Below, in pieces: positions 22,864 to 33,465 of a stretch of DNA of 64,000 bases. The DNA comes from Escherichia coli. GTDB lineage: Bacteria; Pseudomonadota; Gammaproteobacteria; Enterobacterales; Enterobacteriaceae. The notes beneath the pieces are model-generated. The model was not told the DNA's origin. It worked only from the letters and a program-made list of their open reading frames with translations, and searched no databases. Position 1 is the stretch's first letter. Each line of letters opens with the position of its first letter. The stretch lies in assembly GCF_003334815.1 (NCBI RefSeq), contig NZ_QOWO01000002.1. One strand, written 5' to 3'. The translations under genes were made by a program, and so were the position numbers.

Positions 22864-25608
22864 TCAAATCGCGTTCAGGTCTTTCTTATGCAACCATGCT
22901 TCCAGAGCGGCAACACTGCGTGTAATTTCTTCGTGTGGAAGGGGGGCAGATAATGGCTGCTGCTCCAGTTGTGCGCATAGCTGGCTGGCGATATGCATTC
23001 CCAGACTCGAGCAACTGCTTTTTAGCTGATGCGCGGCACGCTTTATTTTCTCGCTATCCTGACTGGCGCGGGCAATGTCGATTTCATCGAGAAGCGGCAG
23101 GGCATGTTGTGTAAATAATACCAGCCATTCGTGGATCTTCTCCGTCCCCATTAACTGAGCATCTTCATTGAGTTGCGATACATCCAGCGATTGATCATTA
23201 TTGACTTGCAGTTGGAGATAGTGCGCCAGTAACTGACCGAGCACTTCACGCGGCACCGGTTTAGGGATAATCCCGCGGAATAATGAACTGGTACGCTGGC
23301 GCAGCGTTTCGTCAATGACATGGGCGCTAAAGCCAATCAAAACCAGCGACGGATATTGCTGTGCCAGTTGTCGGGCAAGCGTAATGCCGTCGATATCCGG
23401 CAGATCAAAATCCACCAGTGCGGCAGCAAACGGTTCGCTATTTTGCAGTGTCTCTAAAGCCTGCGCGGCATTGCCAACAGCAACAATCTGCGCACCACTG
23501 GTTTTCAGCATCTCAATGGTAATTCGCTGGGTTAGCGGGTTATCTTCAATTAACAGCAAACGTAAACCGTCAAGACGCACCGCCTGATTGACTGTTTTTG
23601 GCACGGGTGCCGTGGCAACACGTAACGGCAAGCGTAAACAAAAACAGCTTCCAACCTCCGGCGTGCTGGTGGCGCTCAGTTCGCCGCCCATCGCCTGGGC
23701 CAGACGGCTACTGATAGTCAGTCCCAGCCCGGTGCCGCCGCGTTTGCCGCTTACCTGCACAAATGGCTGGAAGATTTCTGCCAGTTTCGCGGGATCAATA
23801 CCGCAGCCGCTGTCTTCCACTTCGACCAGCCATTGCTCGCCATCAGTGCGACTACGCAGGATAATGTACCCTTCGTCAGTAAAACGCAGGGCGTTGCTCA
23901 ACAGGTTGGTTATAACCTGACGAATACGTCGTGGATCGCCCATTAACGCGCACGGCATATCATCGGCAATTGCCGTTGCCAGGCGAATCGGGCGACCTTT
24001 CACCCGTCCGCTCATTAATTGCAGGGTACTTTCCAGCAGCGGGCGCGGTTCAAAGGGCTCATCGCTGACCGAAACATTCTTGCCACCTGCTTCGATAGCG
24101 GAATAATCGAGAATATCGTTGAGGATGGTCAGCAACGATTCACCAGAGTCAGTAATTGCCCGCAAATCATCACGCTGGGCGTTAAGTGCGGGGTTATCTG
24201 CCAGCAGTTGAGCAGTGCCGAGAATACCGTACAGCGGTGTGCGGATCTCATGGCTCATCGCCGCCAGAAACGCCGATTTTGCCTGGCTGGCTTTTTCTGC
24301 TTCCGCCCGTGCCTGTCGGTGTTCTATCACCAGTTCCTGCAATTCAGCTGTACGCGCTTTGACCTGCGCCGCCAGCTGTTCGCGGTGGCGATTCAGTGCA
24401 TGAACATTGCTGCGAAACGCATCCATCAGCCGCCCGATGGTATCCAGCTCCCGTACGCCAGCGGTTTCCGGGAAAGGGGAGTCAATATCACCGTCCAGCA
24501 GCCGTTGCAGCGCCTGCGTTTGTTCGGCAAGTGGACGCGTGACTGAGCGATAAACCACGCGCCAGAGGATCAGAATCAGTGCGCAAAGTGAAACCATCCC
24601 CAGCAATAACAGGCTGTATTGCCCGCGTGCACTCGCTTTTTCCAGATGCGCCAGTCCGTGCTGATTACGCAGCTCAATGGTGTCGACCAGCTGACTGACT
24701 TCGCTACTAAACTGCGCGAACTGGGCGATGTTATTTTGTGCGAGAGTTTGTAGGTGATTGCTGATTTCACTGTCCTGCTGATACAGCGCCAGCAAATCGC
24801 TATATTGGCTAACGGTAGTTAACGTTGTTGCGACCTGCGCACGAACACCCGGATCTTCAATGCGTATTTGCCGACGTTGCAGAATTTTCACCGCATTATT
24901 GAGCTGCTTTTCCAGCGTTGGTGCATTTTTCTGGATCTGCTCCAGCCCCAGATTCATCACCATTTGCTGCACCCGCAGAGCGCTAAGGCGCAGTTCATTC
25001 ATCTGGTTAACATACTCAAGATCGATATCAATCAGCCGATCGAGTGCACTTTCAGCAGCCTGACGCTGATCTTGTTCGATCAAATCGTAAATCCCGGCCT
25101 GGGTCGCTCCAGCGGAAGTTGTCGCATTATTCGCCTGACCTTGCGCCAGGCGTGCGATCTCATCGGCGGCAGCGACTATCTGCTGACTGAGTTGCTGTTG
25201 TTGCTGGCGCAGTTGCAAACGCTGCCCCACCAGTTCCCCTTGCTGACGTAACGAACGGGAGATCTCCTGCTCCTGTTGTTCAATAGCGGTGGTATCAAAA
25301 CCTTGTTCCCGTAACGCTTGCAGCAACGCATTAATCTTCAGGCTTTGTGCGGTGAGCATTCGCCCCTGCGCCTGCCACATCTTTTCGTTATCGGCACTGG
25401 TCAGGTTCTGCGCGGCGAAAAGTTCCCAGGCGCTGGCTTCGCTCAACTGGCGCGCCATATTCATGGTAGGAATCAATGCCTGAGTGTTGTCTTTTTCCAC
25501 CTGGCTGATAAAGCGCAGGTTGTACCATCCCACCAGGGTACTGGTCAGGGTTAACAGCGCCATCAGGGCAAAGCCCATCCAGAGTCTTCGGGTCAGGGTT
25601 AAATTCAC
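22864..25608 (-). CDS. torS: TMAO-responsive hybrid sensor histidine kinase
   Basis: 914-aa ORF with H-box (MSHEIRTPL), HATPase, receiver and C-terminal HPt regions; adjacent to torT/torR. Confidence 0.92.
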   Translation of the reverse strand: MNLTLTRRLWMGFALMALLTLTSTLVGWYNLRFISQVEKDNTQALIPTMNMARQLSEASAWELFAAQNLTSADNEKMWQAQGRMLTAQSLKINALLQALREQGFDTTAIEQQEQEISRSLRQQGELVGQRLQLRQQQQQLSQQIVAAADEIARLAQGQANNATTSAGATQAGIYDLIEQDQRQAAESALDRLIDIDLEYVNQMNELRLSALRVQQMVMNLGLEQIQKNAPTLEKQLNNAVKILQRRQIRIEDPGVRAQVATTLTTVSQYSDLLALYQQDSEISNHLQTLAQNNIAQFAQFSSEVSQLVDTIELRNQHGLAHLEKASARGQYSLLLLGMVSLCALILILWRVVYRSVTRPLAEQTQALQRLLDGDIDSPFPETAGVRELDTIGRLMDAFRSNVHALNRHREQLAAQVKARTAELQELVIEHRQARAEAEKASQAKSAFLAAMSHEIRTPLYGILGTAQLLADNPALNAQRDDLRAITDSGESLLTILNDILDYSAIEAGGKNVSVSDEPFEPRPLLESTLQLMSGRVKGRPIRLATAIADDMPCALMGDPRRIRQVITNLLSNALRFTDEGYIILRSRTDGEQWLVEVEDSGCGIDPAKLAEIFQPFVQVSGKRGGTGLGLTISSRLAQAMGGELSATSTPEVGSCFCLRLPLRVATAPVPKTVNQAVRLDGLRLLLIEDNPLTQRITIEMLKTSGAQIVAVGNAAQALETLQNSEPFAAALVDFDLPDIDGITLARQLAQQYPSLVLIGFSAHVIDETLRQRTSSLFRGIIPKPVPREVLGQLLAHYLQLQVNNDQSLDVSQLNEDAQLMGTEKIHEWLVLFTQHALPLLDEIDIARASQDSEKIKRAAHQLKSSCSSLGMHIASQLCAQLEQQPLSAPLPHEEITRSVAALEAWLHKKDLNAI

Positions 25609-25690
25609 GGTCGGTGCACTTTAGGTGAAAAAGGTTGAGTCGCAAAGCGGAATGCATCTAGCATAAAGCCTTATTATTGATGAGGCTATC

Positions 25691-26719
25691 ATGCGCGTAC
25701 TGCTATTTTTACTTCTTTCCCTTTTCATGTTGCCGGCATTTTCGGCTGATAACCTGTTGCGCTGGCATGATGCGCAGCATTTCACGGTGCAAGCCTCTAC
25801 GCCGCTTAAAGCCAAACGCGCATGGAAACTGTGCGCGCTTTATCCCAGCCTGAAAGATTCATATTGGTTATCGTTGAACTATGGTATGCAGGAGGCTGCT
25901 CGCCGCTACGGTGTGGATTTAAAAGTGCTGGAGGCAGGCGGCTACAGCCAGTTGGCTACCCAGCAAGCACAAATCGACCAGTGTAAACAGTGGGGCGCAG
26001 AGGCCATTTTGCTCGGTAGTAGCACGACCTCATTTCCCGACCTGCAAAAGCAGGTAGCAAGTCTGCCGGTGATCGAACTGGTAAATGCTATTGATGCTCC
26101 CCAGGTGAAAAGCCGCGTTGGTGTGCCCTGGTTTCAGATGGGCTATCAACCGGGGCGATATCTGGTGCAATGGGCGCACGGTAAACCACTGAATGTGCTG
26201 TTGATGCCCGGACCCGATAACGCCGGGGGCAGTAAGGAGATGGTCGAGGGTTTTCGCGCAGCCATTGCCGGAAGCCTGGTGCGTATTGTTGATATTGCGC
26301 TTGGTGATAACGATATTGAAATCCAGCGTAACCTGTTGCAGGAGATGCTGGAACGCCATCCAGAAATCGACGTCGTTGCCGGAACGGCCATTGCGGCAGA
26401 GGCGGCAATGGGGGAAGGGCGTAACCTGAAAACGCCGCTTACCGTGGTGTCGTTTTATCTTTCACATCAGGTGTATCGCGGGCTGAAGCGGGGAAGAGTG
26501 ATTATGGCTGCCAGCGATCAAATGGTCTGGCAGGGGGAACTGGCGGTTGAGCAGGCCATCAGGCAATTACAGGGGCAATCGGTTTCTGATAATGTCAGCC
26601 CACCGATTTTAGTTCTGACGCCGAAAAATGCCGACCGTGAACATATTCGCCGCTCGCTGTCACCAGGGGGATTTCGTCCGGTCTATTTTTATCAGCACAC
26701 ATCAGCGGCTAAGAAATAA
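25691..26719 (+). CDS. torT: periplasmic TMAO-binding protein
   Basis: 342-aa ORF with signal peptide MRVLLFLLLSLFMLPAFSA; its 3' end overlaps convergent torR. Confidence 0.9.
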   Translation: MRVLLFLLLSLFMLPAFSADNLLRWHDAQHFTVQASTPLKAKRAWKLCALYPSLKDSYWLSLNYGMQEAARRYGVDLKVLEAGGYSQLATQQAQIDQCKQWGAEAILLGSSTTSFPDLQKQVASLPVIELVNAIDAPQVKSRVGVPWFQMGYQPGRYLVQWAHGKPLNVLLMPGPDNAGGSKEMVEGFRAAIAGSLVRIVDIALGDNDIEIQRNLLQEMLERHPEIDVVAGTAIAAEAAMGEGRNLKTPLTVVSFYLSHQVYRGLKRGRVIMAASDQMVWQGELAVEQAIRQLQGQSVSDNVSPPILVLTPKNADREHIRRSLSPGGFRPVYFYQHTSAAKK

Positions 26720-27384
26720 CCTTCACCATGTTGCGTCACCAGTAAATCCGCGCTGAGTTTATGACGTAAACGACGAATTAACACATCGACGGTGCGCAGG
26801 TCAGGGTTTTCCACCCGACGCGCAGAAAGCATACGTAGCAGACGTTCACGGCTGAGAATTTCGCCCGGATTCGTCACAAATGCCACCAACATTTCATACT
26901 CTGCGCGGGTCAGTTTAATCGGCTCGCCATCCCGCTCCAGCGTATGGCGCGACACATTCAGGCAATAACCGGCAAAGCGATAGCAGTTGTCCTGAGTGTG
27001 CGGTTGAGCTTGTCGCGCGAGGTCGATTCGCCAGAGCAGATTTTTCACCCGTACTACCAGTTCGCGCAGTTCCAGCGGTTTGGTGACGTAATCGTCTGCG
27101 CCCATTTCCAGCCCAACAATACGGTCAATCCGATCGCTGCGTCCGGTAACCAGAATAATCCCCACCGTTGAGCGTTCTCGCAGGGCGCGGGTTAACATCA
27201 GGCCATTTTCATCGGGTAAGTTGATATCCAGCAGAATTAAATCTACCGACTGATTCTGCATAATTTCCCGTAGCCCGGCACCGCTCGCCGTAACGGAAAC
27301 GGTATACCCCTCCTGAGTGAAGTAGGATTGTAATCGCGCCTGGGTAACCGGCTCATCTTCAACAATAACAATGTGATGTGGCAT
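26692..27384 (-). CDS. torR: OmpR-family response regulator of the torCAD operon
   Basis: 230-aa ORF MPHHIVIVEDEPVTQARLQSYF... (receiver plus winged-helix); divergent from torC. Confidence 0.92.
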   Translation of the reverse strand: MPHHIVIVEDEPVTQARLQSYFTQEGYTVSVTASGAGLREIMQNQSVDLILLDINLPDENGLMLTRALRERSTVGIILVTGRSDRIDRIVGLEMGADDYVTKPLELRELVVRVKNLLWRIDLARQAQPHTQDNCYRFAGYCLNVSRHTLERDGEPIKLTRAEYEMLVAFVTNPGEILSRERLLRMLSARRVENPDLRTVDVLIRRLRHKLSADLLVTQHGEGYFLAADVC

Positions 27385-27402
27385 CAGAGGGTTTTACTCA
27401 TT

Positions 27403-27465
27403 CTGTTCATATCTGTTCATATTCTGCCGTAAGCCGTTCATCCTGACCAGTGCCGCTGTTCATAT
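27403..27465 (+). promoter_or_regulatory. tor boxes: four direct decameric repeats (TorR binding sites) in the torR-torC intergenic region
   Basis: CTGTTCATAT at 27403..27412, 27413..27422 and 27456..27465, plus the degenerate CCGTTCATCC at 27434..27443, upstream of torC. Confidence 0.8.
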
Positions 27466-27513
27466 TTGCTCATTAAGATCGCTTCACTAAACCATAATTC
27501 TACAGGGGTTATT

Positions 27514-28686
27514 ATGCGGAAACTCTGGAACGCGCTACGCCGACCCAGTGCTCGTTGGTCGGTACTGGCGCTGGTCGCAATTGGGATTGTGATTGGCATT
27601 GCGCTGATTGTATTGCCACACGTTGGGATCAAAGTCACCAGCACAACCGAATTTTGTGTCAGTTGCCACAGTATGCAACCGGTGTATGAAGAATATAAAC
27701 AGTCGGTGCATTTCCAGAACGCCTCCGGCGTGCGAGCTGAATGCCATGACTGTCATATCCCGCCGGATATTCCAGGCATGGTGAAGCGCAAACTGGAAGC
27801 GAGCAATGATATCTACCAGACCTTTATTGCTCACTCCATTGATACACCTGAAAAATTCGAAGCCAAACGCGCGGAACTTGCCGAGCGTGAATGGGCGCGA
27901 ATGAAAGAAAACAACTCGGCAACCTGCCGCTCCTGCCATAACTACGATGCGATGGATCATGCGAAGCAGCATCCTGAAGCAGCACGTCAGATGAAGGTGG
28001 CAGCGAAAGATAATCAATCCTGCATCGACTGTCATAAAGGTATTGCCCACCAGTTACCGGATATGAGTAGCGGCTTCCGTAAGCAGTTCGATGAGCTGCG
28101 CGCCAGTGCTAATGACAGTGGTGACACGCTGTACTCTATTGATATTAAGCCAATTTATGCGGCGAAAGGCGATAAAGAAGCCTCTGGTTCTCTGCTGCCT
28201 GCTTCGGAAGTGAAAGTCCTTAAACGTGACGGCGACTGGCTGCAAATTGAAATTACCGGCTCGACGGAAAGCGCCGGACGTCAGCGTGTACTCACCCAAT
28301 TCCCAGGTAAACGCATCTTTGTTGCCTCGATTCGTGGTGATGTGCAGCAGCAGGTAAAAACGCTGGAGAAAACCACCGTTGCCGACACCAATACCGAGTG
28401 GAGCAAGTTGCAGGCCACTGCGTGGATGAAGAAAGGCGACATGGTGAACGATATCAAACCGATCTGGGCTTATGCGGATTCGTTGTACAACGGCACCTGT
28501 AACCAGTGCCACGGCGCACCGGAAATCGCCCACTTTGACGCTAACGGTTGGATCGGCACGCTCAACGGCATGATTGGCTTTACCAGTCTCGATAAACGTG
28601 AAGAACGCACCTTGTTGAAATATCTGCAAATGAATGCGTCTGACACCGCAGGTAAGGCTCACGGCGATAAGAAGGAAGAAAAATAA
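27514..28686 (+). CDS. torC: pentahaem c-type cytochrome, TMAO reductase electron donor
   Basis: ORF 27466..28686; 390-aa product from MRKLWNALRRPSARWSVLALVAIG with CxxCH haem-binding motifs (CVSCH, CHDCH, CRSCH, CIDCH, CNQCH). Confidence 0.9.
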   Translation: MRKLWNALRRPSARWSVLALVAIGIVIGIALIVLPHVGIKVTSTTEFCVSCHSMQPVYEEYKQSVHFQNASGVRAECHDCHIPPDIPGMVKRKLEASNDIYQTFIAHSIDTPEKFEAKRAELAEREWARMKENNSATCRSCHNYDAMDHAKQHPEAARQMKVAAKDNQSCIDCHKGIAHQLPDMSSGFRKQFDELRASANDSGDTLYSIDIKPIYAAKGDKEASGSLLPASEVKVLKRDGDWLQIEITGSTESAGRQRVLTQFPGKRIFVASIRGDVQQQVKTLEKTTVADTNTEWSKLQATAWMKKGDMVNDIKPIWAYADSLYNGTCNQCHGAPEIAHFDANGWIGTLNGMIGFTSLDKREERTLLKYLQMNASDTAGKAHGDKKEEK

Positions 28687-31232
28687 TGAACAATAACGAT
28701 CTCTTTCAGGCATCACGTCGGCGTTTTCTGGCACAACTCGGCGGCTTAACCGTCGCCGGGATGCTGGGGCCGTCATTGTTAACGCCGCGACGTGCGACTG
28801 CGGCGCAAGCGGCGACTGACGCTGTCATCTCGAAAGAGGGCATTCTTACCGGGTCGCACTGGGGGGCTATCCGCGCGACGGTGAAGGATGGTCGCTTTGT
28901 GGCGGCAAAACCGTTCGAACTGGATAAATATCCGTCGAAAATGATTGCCGGATTGCCGGATCACGTACACAACGCGGCGCGTATTCGTTATCCGATGGTA
29001 CGCGTGGACTGGCTGCGTAAGCGCCATCTCAGCGATACCTCCCAGCGCGGTGATAACCGTTTTGTGCGCGTGAGCTGGGATGAAGCCCTCGACATGTTCT
29101 ATGAAGAACTGGAACGCGTGCAGAAAACTCACGGGCCGAGTGCCTTGCTGACCGCCAGTGGTTGGCAATCGACGGGGATGTTCCATAACGCTTCGGGGAT
29201 GCTGGCGAAAGCTATTGCCTTGCATGGTAATAGCGTTGGTACGGGCGGAGATTAATCTACCGGTGCTGCGCAGGTGATCCTGCCGCGCGTAGTCGGTTCG
29301 ATGGAAGTGTATGAACAGCAAACCTCCTGGCCGCTGGTATTGCAGAACAGCAAAACCATTGTGCTGTGGGGCTCCGATTTGCTGAAAAACCAGCAAGCGA
29401 ACTGGTGGTGCCCGGATCACGATGTTTATGAATATTACGCGCAGCTAAAAGCGAAAGTCGCCGCCGGTGAAATTGAGGTCATCAGCATCGATCCGGTTGT
29501 CACATCCACCCATGAGTATCTGGGGCGCGAGCATGTGAAGCACATTGCGGTTAACCCGCAAACTGACGTGCCGCTGCAACTGGCGCTGGCACATACGCTG
29601 TACAGTGAAAACCTGTACGACAAAAACTTCCTTGCTAACTACTGTGTGGGTTTTGAGCAGTTCCTGCCGTATCTGCTGGGTGAGAAAGACGGTCAGCCGA
29701 AAGATGCCGCATGGGCTGAAAAACTGACCGGCATTGATGCCGAAACCATTCGTGGGCTGGCGCGGCAGATGGCGGCGAACAGAACGCAAATTATTGCTGG
29801 CTGGTGCGTGCAGCGTATGCAGCACGGTGAACAGTGGGCGTGGATGATTGTGGTTCTGGCGGCGATGCTGGGGCAAATTGGCCTGCCAGGTGGTGGTTTT
29901 GGTTTTGGCTGGCACTACAACGGCGCAGGCACGCCGGGGCGTAAAGGCGTTATTCTGAGTGGTTTCTCCGGCTCTACGTCGATTCCGCCTGTTCACGACA
30001 ACAGTGACTACAAAGGCTACAGCAGCACTATTCCGATTGCCCGTTTTATCGATGCGATCCTCGAACCGGGGAAAGTGATCAACTGGAACGGTAAATCGGT
30101 AAAACTGCCGCCGCTGAAAATGTGTATTTTTGCCGGAACTAACCCATTCCATCGCCATCAGCAGATCAACCGCATTATTGAAGGCTTGCGCAAGCTGGAA
30201 ACGGTTATCGCCATAGATAACCAGTGGACCTCAACCTGCCGCTTTGCCGATATCGTACTGCCTGCGACCACGCAGTTTGAGCGTAACGATCTCGACCAGT
30301 ACGGCAATCACTCCAACCGTGGCATTATCGCCATGAAACAGGTGGTGCCGCCGCAGTTCGAGGCGCGCAACGACTTCGATATTTTCCGCGAGCTGTGCCG
30401 TCGCTTTAATCGCGAAGAAGCCTTTACCGAAGGGCTGGACGAAATGGGCTGGCTGAAACGCATCTGGCAGGAAGGTGTACAGCAAGGCAAAGGACGCGGC
30501 GTTCATCTGCCAGCGTTTGATGACTTCTGGAATAACAAAGAGTACGTCGAGTTTGACCATCCGCAGATGTTTGTTCGCCACCAGGCATTCCGCGAAGATC
30601 CGGATCTCGAACCGCTGGGCACGCCGAGTGGCCTGATTGAGATCTACTCGAAAACTATCGCCGATATGAACTACGACGATTGTCAGGGGCATCCGATGTG
30701 GTTTGAGAAAATCGAACGCTCCCACGGTGGGCCTGGCTCGCAAAAGTATCCGTTGCATCTGCAATCTGTGCATCCGGATTTCCGACTTCACTCGCAGTTA
30801 TGTGAGTCGGAAACGCTGCGTCAGCAATATACGGTAGCGGGTAAAGAGCCAGTATTCATTAACCCGCAGGATGCCAGCGCGCGCGGTATTCGTAACGGTG
30901 ATGTGGTACGCGTCTTTAACGCTCGCGGTCAGGTGTTGGCAGGGGCAGTGGTTTCTGACCGCTATGCACCCGGCGTGGCACGAATTCACGAAGGGGCATG
31001 GTACGATCCAGATAAAGGCGGCGAGCCTGGTGCGCTGTGCAAATACGGTAACCCCAACGTGTTGACCATCGACATCGGTACATCGCAGCTGGCGCAGGCG
31101 ACCAGTGCGCACACTACGCTGGTGGAAATTGAGAAGTACAACGGAACAGTGGAGCAGGTGACGGCGTTTAACGGCCCCGTGGAGATGGTGGCGCAGTGCG
31201 AATATGTTCCCGCGTCGCAGGTGAAATCATGA
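28686..31232 (+). pseudogene. torA: TMAO reductase catalytic subunit (molybdopterin, Tat signal) interrupted by an in-frame TAA at 29253..29255
   Basis: ORF 28686..29255 (MNNNDLFQASRRRFLAQLGG... ending ...HGNSVGTGGD-stop) and ORF 29274..31232 are in the same frame and together span an 848-codon TorA; the single TAA lies between GGD and STGAAQVILPRV. Confidence 0.85.
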
Positions 31233-31828
31233 CCACGCTGACAGCACAACAGATTGCCTGTGTTTACGCCTGGCTAGCGCAGTTGTTCTCCCGTGAGCTG
31301 GACGATGAACAACTGACGCAAATCGCCAGTGCGCAGATGGCTGAATGGTTTTCGTTGCTGAAAAGCGAACCGCCGCTCACTGCGGCGGTGAACGAGCTGG
31401 AAAACCGTATTGCCACGCTGACAGTACGTGACGATGCCCGTCTGGAACTGGCCGCGGACTTTTGCGGCCTGTTTCTGATGACCGACAAACAAGCGGCGCT
31501 GCCGTATGCATCGGCCTACAAACAGGACGAGCAAGAGATTAAACGCTTGTTAGTTGAGGCAGGGATGGAAACCAGCGGCAATTTCAACGAACCGGCAGAT
31601 CATCTGGCGATCTATCTCGAATTGCTCAGCCATCTGCATTTTTCGCTGGGAGAGGGGACCGTTCCTGCGCGAAGAATCGACAGTTTGCGGCAAAAAACAC
31701 TGACGGCGCTGTGGCAATGGTTACCAGAGTTTGTTGCGCGTTGTCGTCAGTATGACAGCTTTGGTTTTTACGCGGCACTAAGCCAGTTATTGCTGGTGTT
31801 AGTGGAGTGCGACCACCAAAACAGATAA
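31229..31828 (+). CDS. torD: TorA-specific chaperone (redox enzyme maturation protein)
   Basis: ORF 31196..31828; 199-aa product from [20 protein letters not shown]; start overlaps torA stop. Confidence 0.9.
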
Positions 31829-31839
31829 CGTCGTTTGTG

Positions 31840-31972
31840 CGCCTGAAAAGACGCGTTTAGCGTCGCATCAGGCATTATGGCGCAGTTGCCGGATGCGGCG
31901 TGAACGTCTTATCCGGCCCACAGGAACTGTAATCTTTGTAGACCGGTTAAGATGCGTCATCGCATCCGGCAA
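31840..31972. repeat. cluster of REP elements (BIME-like) downstream of torD
   Basis: Three imperfect palindromic units containing GCCGGATGCGGCGTGAACG / CGCATCAGGC-type REP motifs. Confidence 0.6.
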
Positions 31973-31979
31973 ACACACA

Positions 31980-32285
31980 TCACGGATGAGCTACAAACCG
32001 GGAAAGCCGCTGGCGCAGCAGGCGGTTTTCCTGCTTCAGGTGCGCAATATCATCCATTAACGTCAGCGCCACCGCGATCCCCGGCCAGTCCAGAGCCAGT
32101 TCATGACGCAGGCGTACCGCGCGTTGCACCACAATGGCGGCATGGTCGTCAAATACCCAGGTTGTTTCCTGGATCTCACGCGGTTCAACCACCCCCAAAC
32201 CGACAATTTCATTCAACTCCTCTTCAGAGATGCCGGTATGCAGGCAAAATTCGGTAATAGTAAAAGTCACCGTAACATTAGCCAT
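31980..32285 (-). CDS. cbpM: CbpA modulator (MerR-like) CbpM
   Basis: ORF 31980..32300; 101-aa product [28 protein letters not shown].... Confidence 0.85.
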
Positions 32286-33205
32286 TATGCTTTCCCCCAA
32301 TCTTTACGTGGATCAAAAGACGACTGGGCGTCTGCCAGTTGCTGCCACAGCGCGGCAGTGTTTTCATCCGGTTTCGGCGGCATCACGATTTTCAGTACCG
32401 CATACAGATCGCCGGTCTGTTTTTTGCTCACCAGACCTTTGCCTTTAACGCGCAATCGTTGCCCGGCCTGGCTGCCTGGCGGGATAGTCAGCAAAATGCT
32501 TTCTTTCAGTGTTGGAACGGTGACTTTAGCACCCAGCGCCGCTTCCCACGGGCTAACCGGCACCACAATTTCCAGATCCTGGCCGACAATATCAAACAGC
32601 GGATGTGGCGCAATATGAATCACCAGCCACAAATCGCCATTTGGACCGCCGTTTTCGCCCGGCGTCCCCTGGCCTTTCAGACGGATGCGTTGACCATTGC
32701 CGACGCCCGCCGGGATCTTCACATTCAGCGTTTTCGGAATTTCCTGTTCGATCATGCCAAAGGCGTTATAAACCGGCAGGTTATAGCTGATGGTACGCTT
32801 ATGCTCAGTAAGCGTTTCTTCGAGGAATACCGCCACTTCGATTTCAATATCGTGGCCGCGTGTGGCGGGGCGTTGACGGCTCTGGCGGGCATGCTGACCG
32901 AAAATTGACGAGAAGATATCGTCAAAATCTTCGGCGTTAAAACTCTGACCGTCGCCATGGTGGAACTGACGGTTAAATTGCGGATCGTTGCGATGTTGCC
33001 ACATCTGATCATACTCAGCGCGACGTTGTTCATCACTTAACACTTCCCAGGCTTCAGCGACCTCTTTGAAGCGGGCTTCGGCATCCGGTTCTTTGCTGAC
33101 ATCAGGATGGTATTTGCGGGCAAGTCGACGATAGGCGGTCTTGATTGTCTTGAGATCGTCCGTCGGTTTCACGCCCATGATGGCGTAATAATCCTTTAAT
33201 TCCAT
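32285..33205 (-). CDS. cbpA: curved-DNA-binding DnaJ-like co-chaperone
   Basis: 306-aa [41 protein letters not shown] (J-domain with HPD). Confidence 0.92.
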
Positions 33206-33465
33206 AGCGTTATCTCGCGTAAATCAACACAAATTGAAGGAACCCCTGTAAGGTAACTCCTATAAGTGTAGGGTAATCCTCAAAATTTCATATGCCAACA
33301 CAGAATATGTTATTGAAATCATCGCGGAGAGGAGGTCGCCATCAAGATGGGTTGCTGAACATATTTTAAACAGGTGAAAAAGGGTGAGCGATTTTTGATA
33401 GTTGAACCAGGCACTTTAAGTTTAACTAGGGCGTCATTATTTATTAAATTTTATAGACGCTATAT

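Noticed and set aside
28686-31232. Possibility that the torA in-frame stop is a recoded codon (selenocysteine or programmed read-through).
   Set aside because: The codon is TAA, not TGA; no SECIS-like hairpin follows; the position corresponds to an ordinary residue in the intact protein.
31840-31972. Repeated palindromic units that could be a CRISPR array.
   Set aside because: The units are imperfect REP palindromes of variable spacing and orientation, without regular repeat-spacer periodicity or nearby cas genes.
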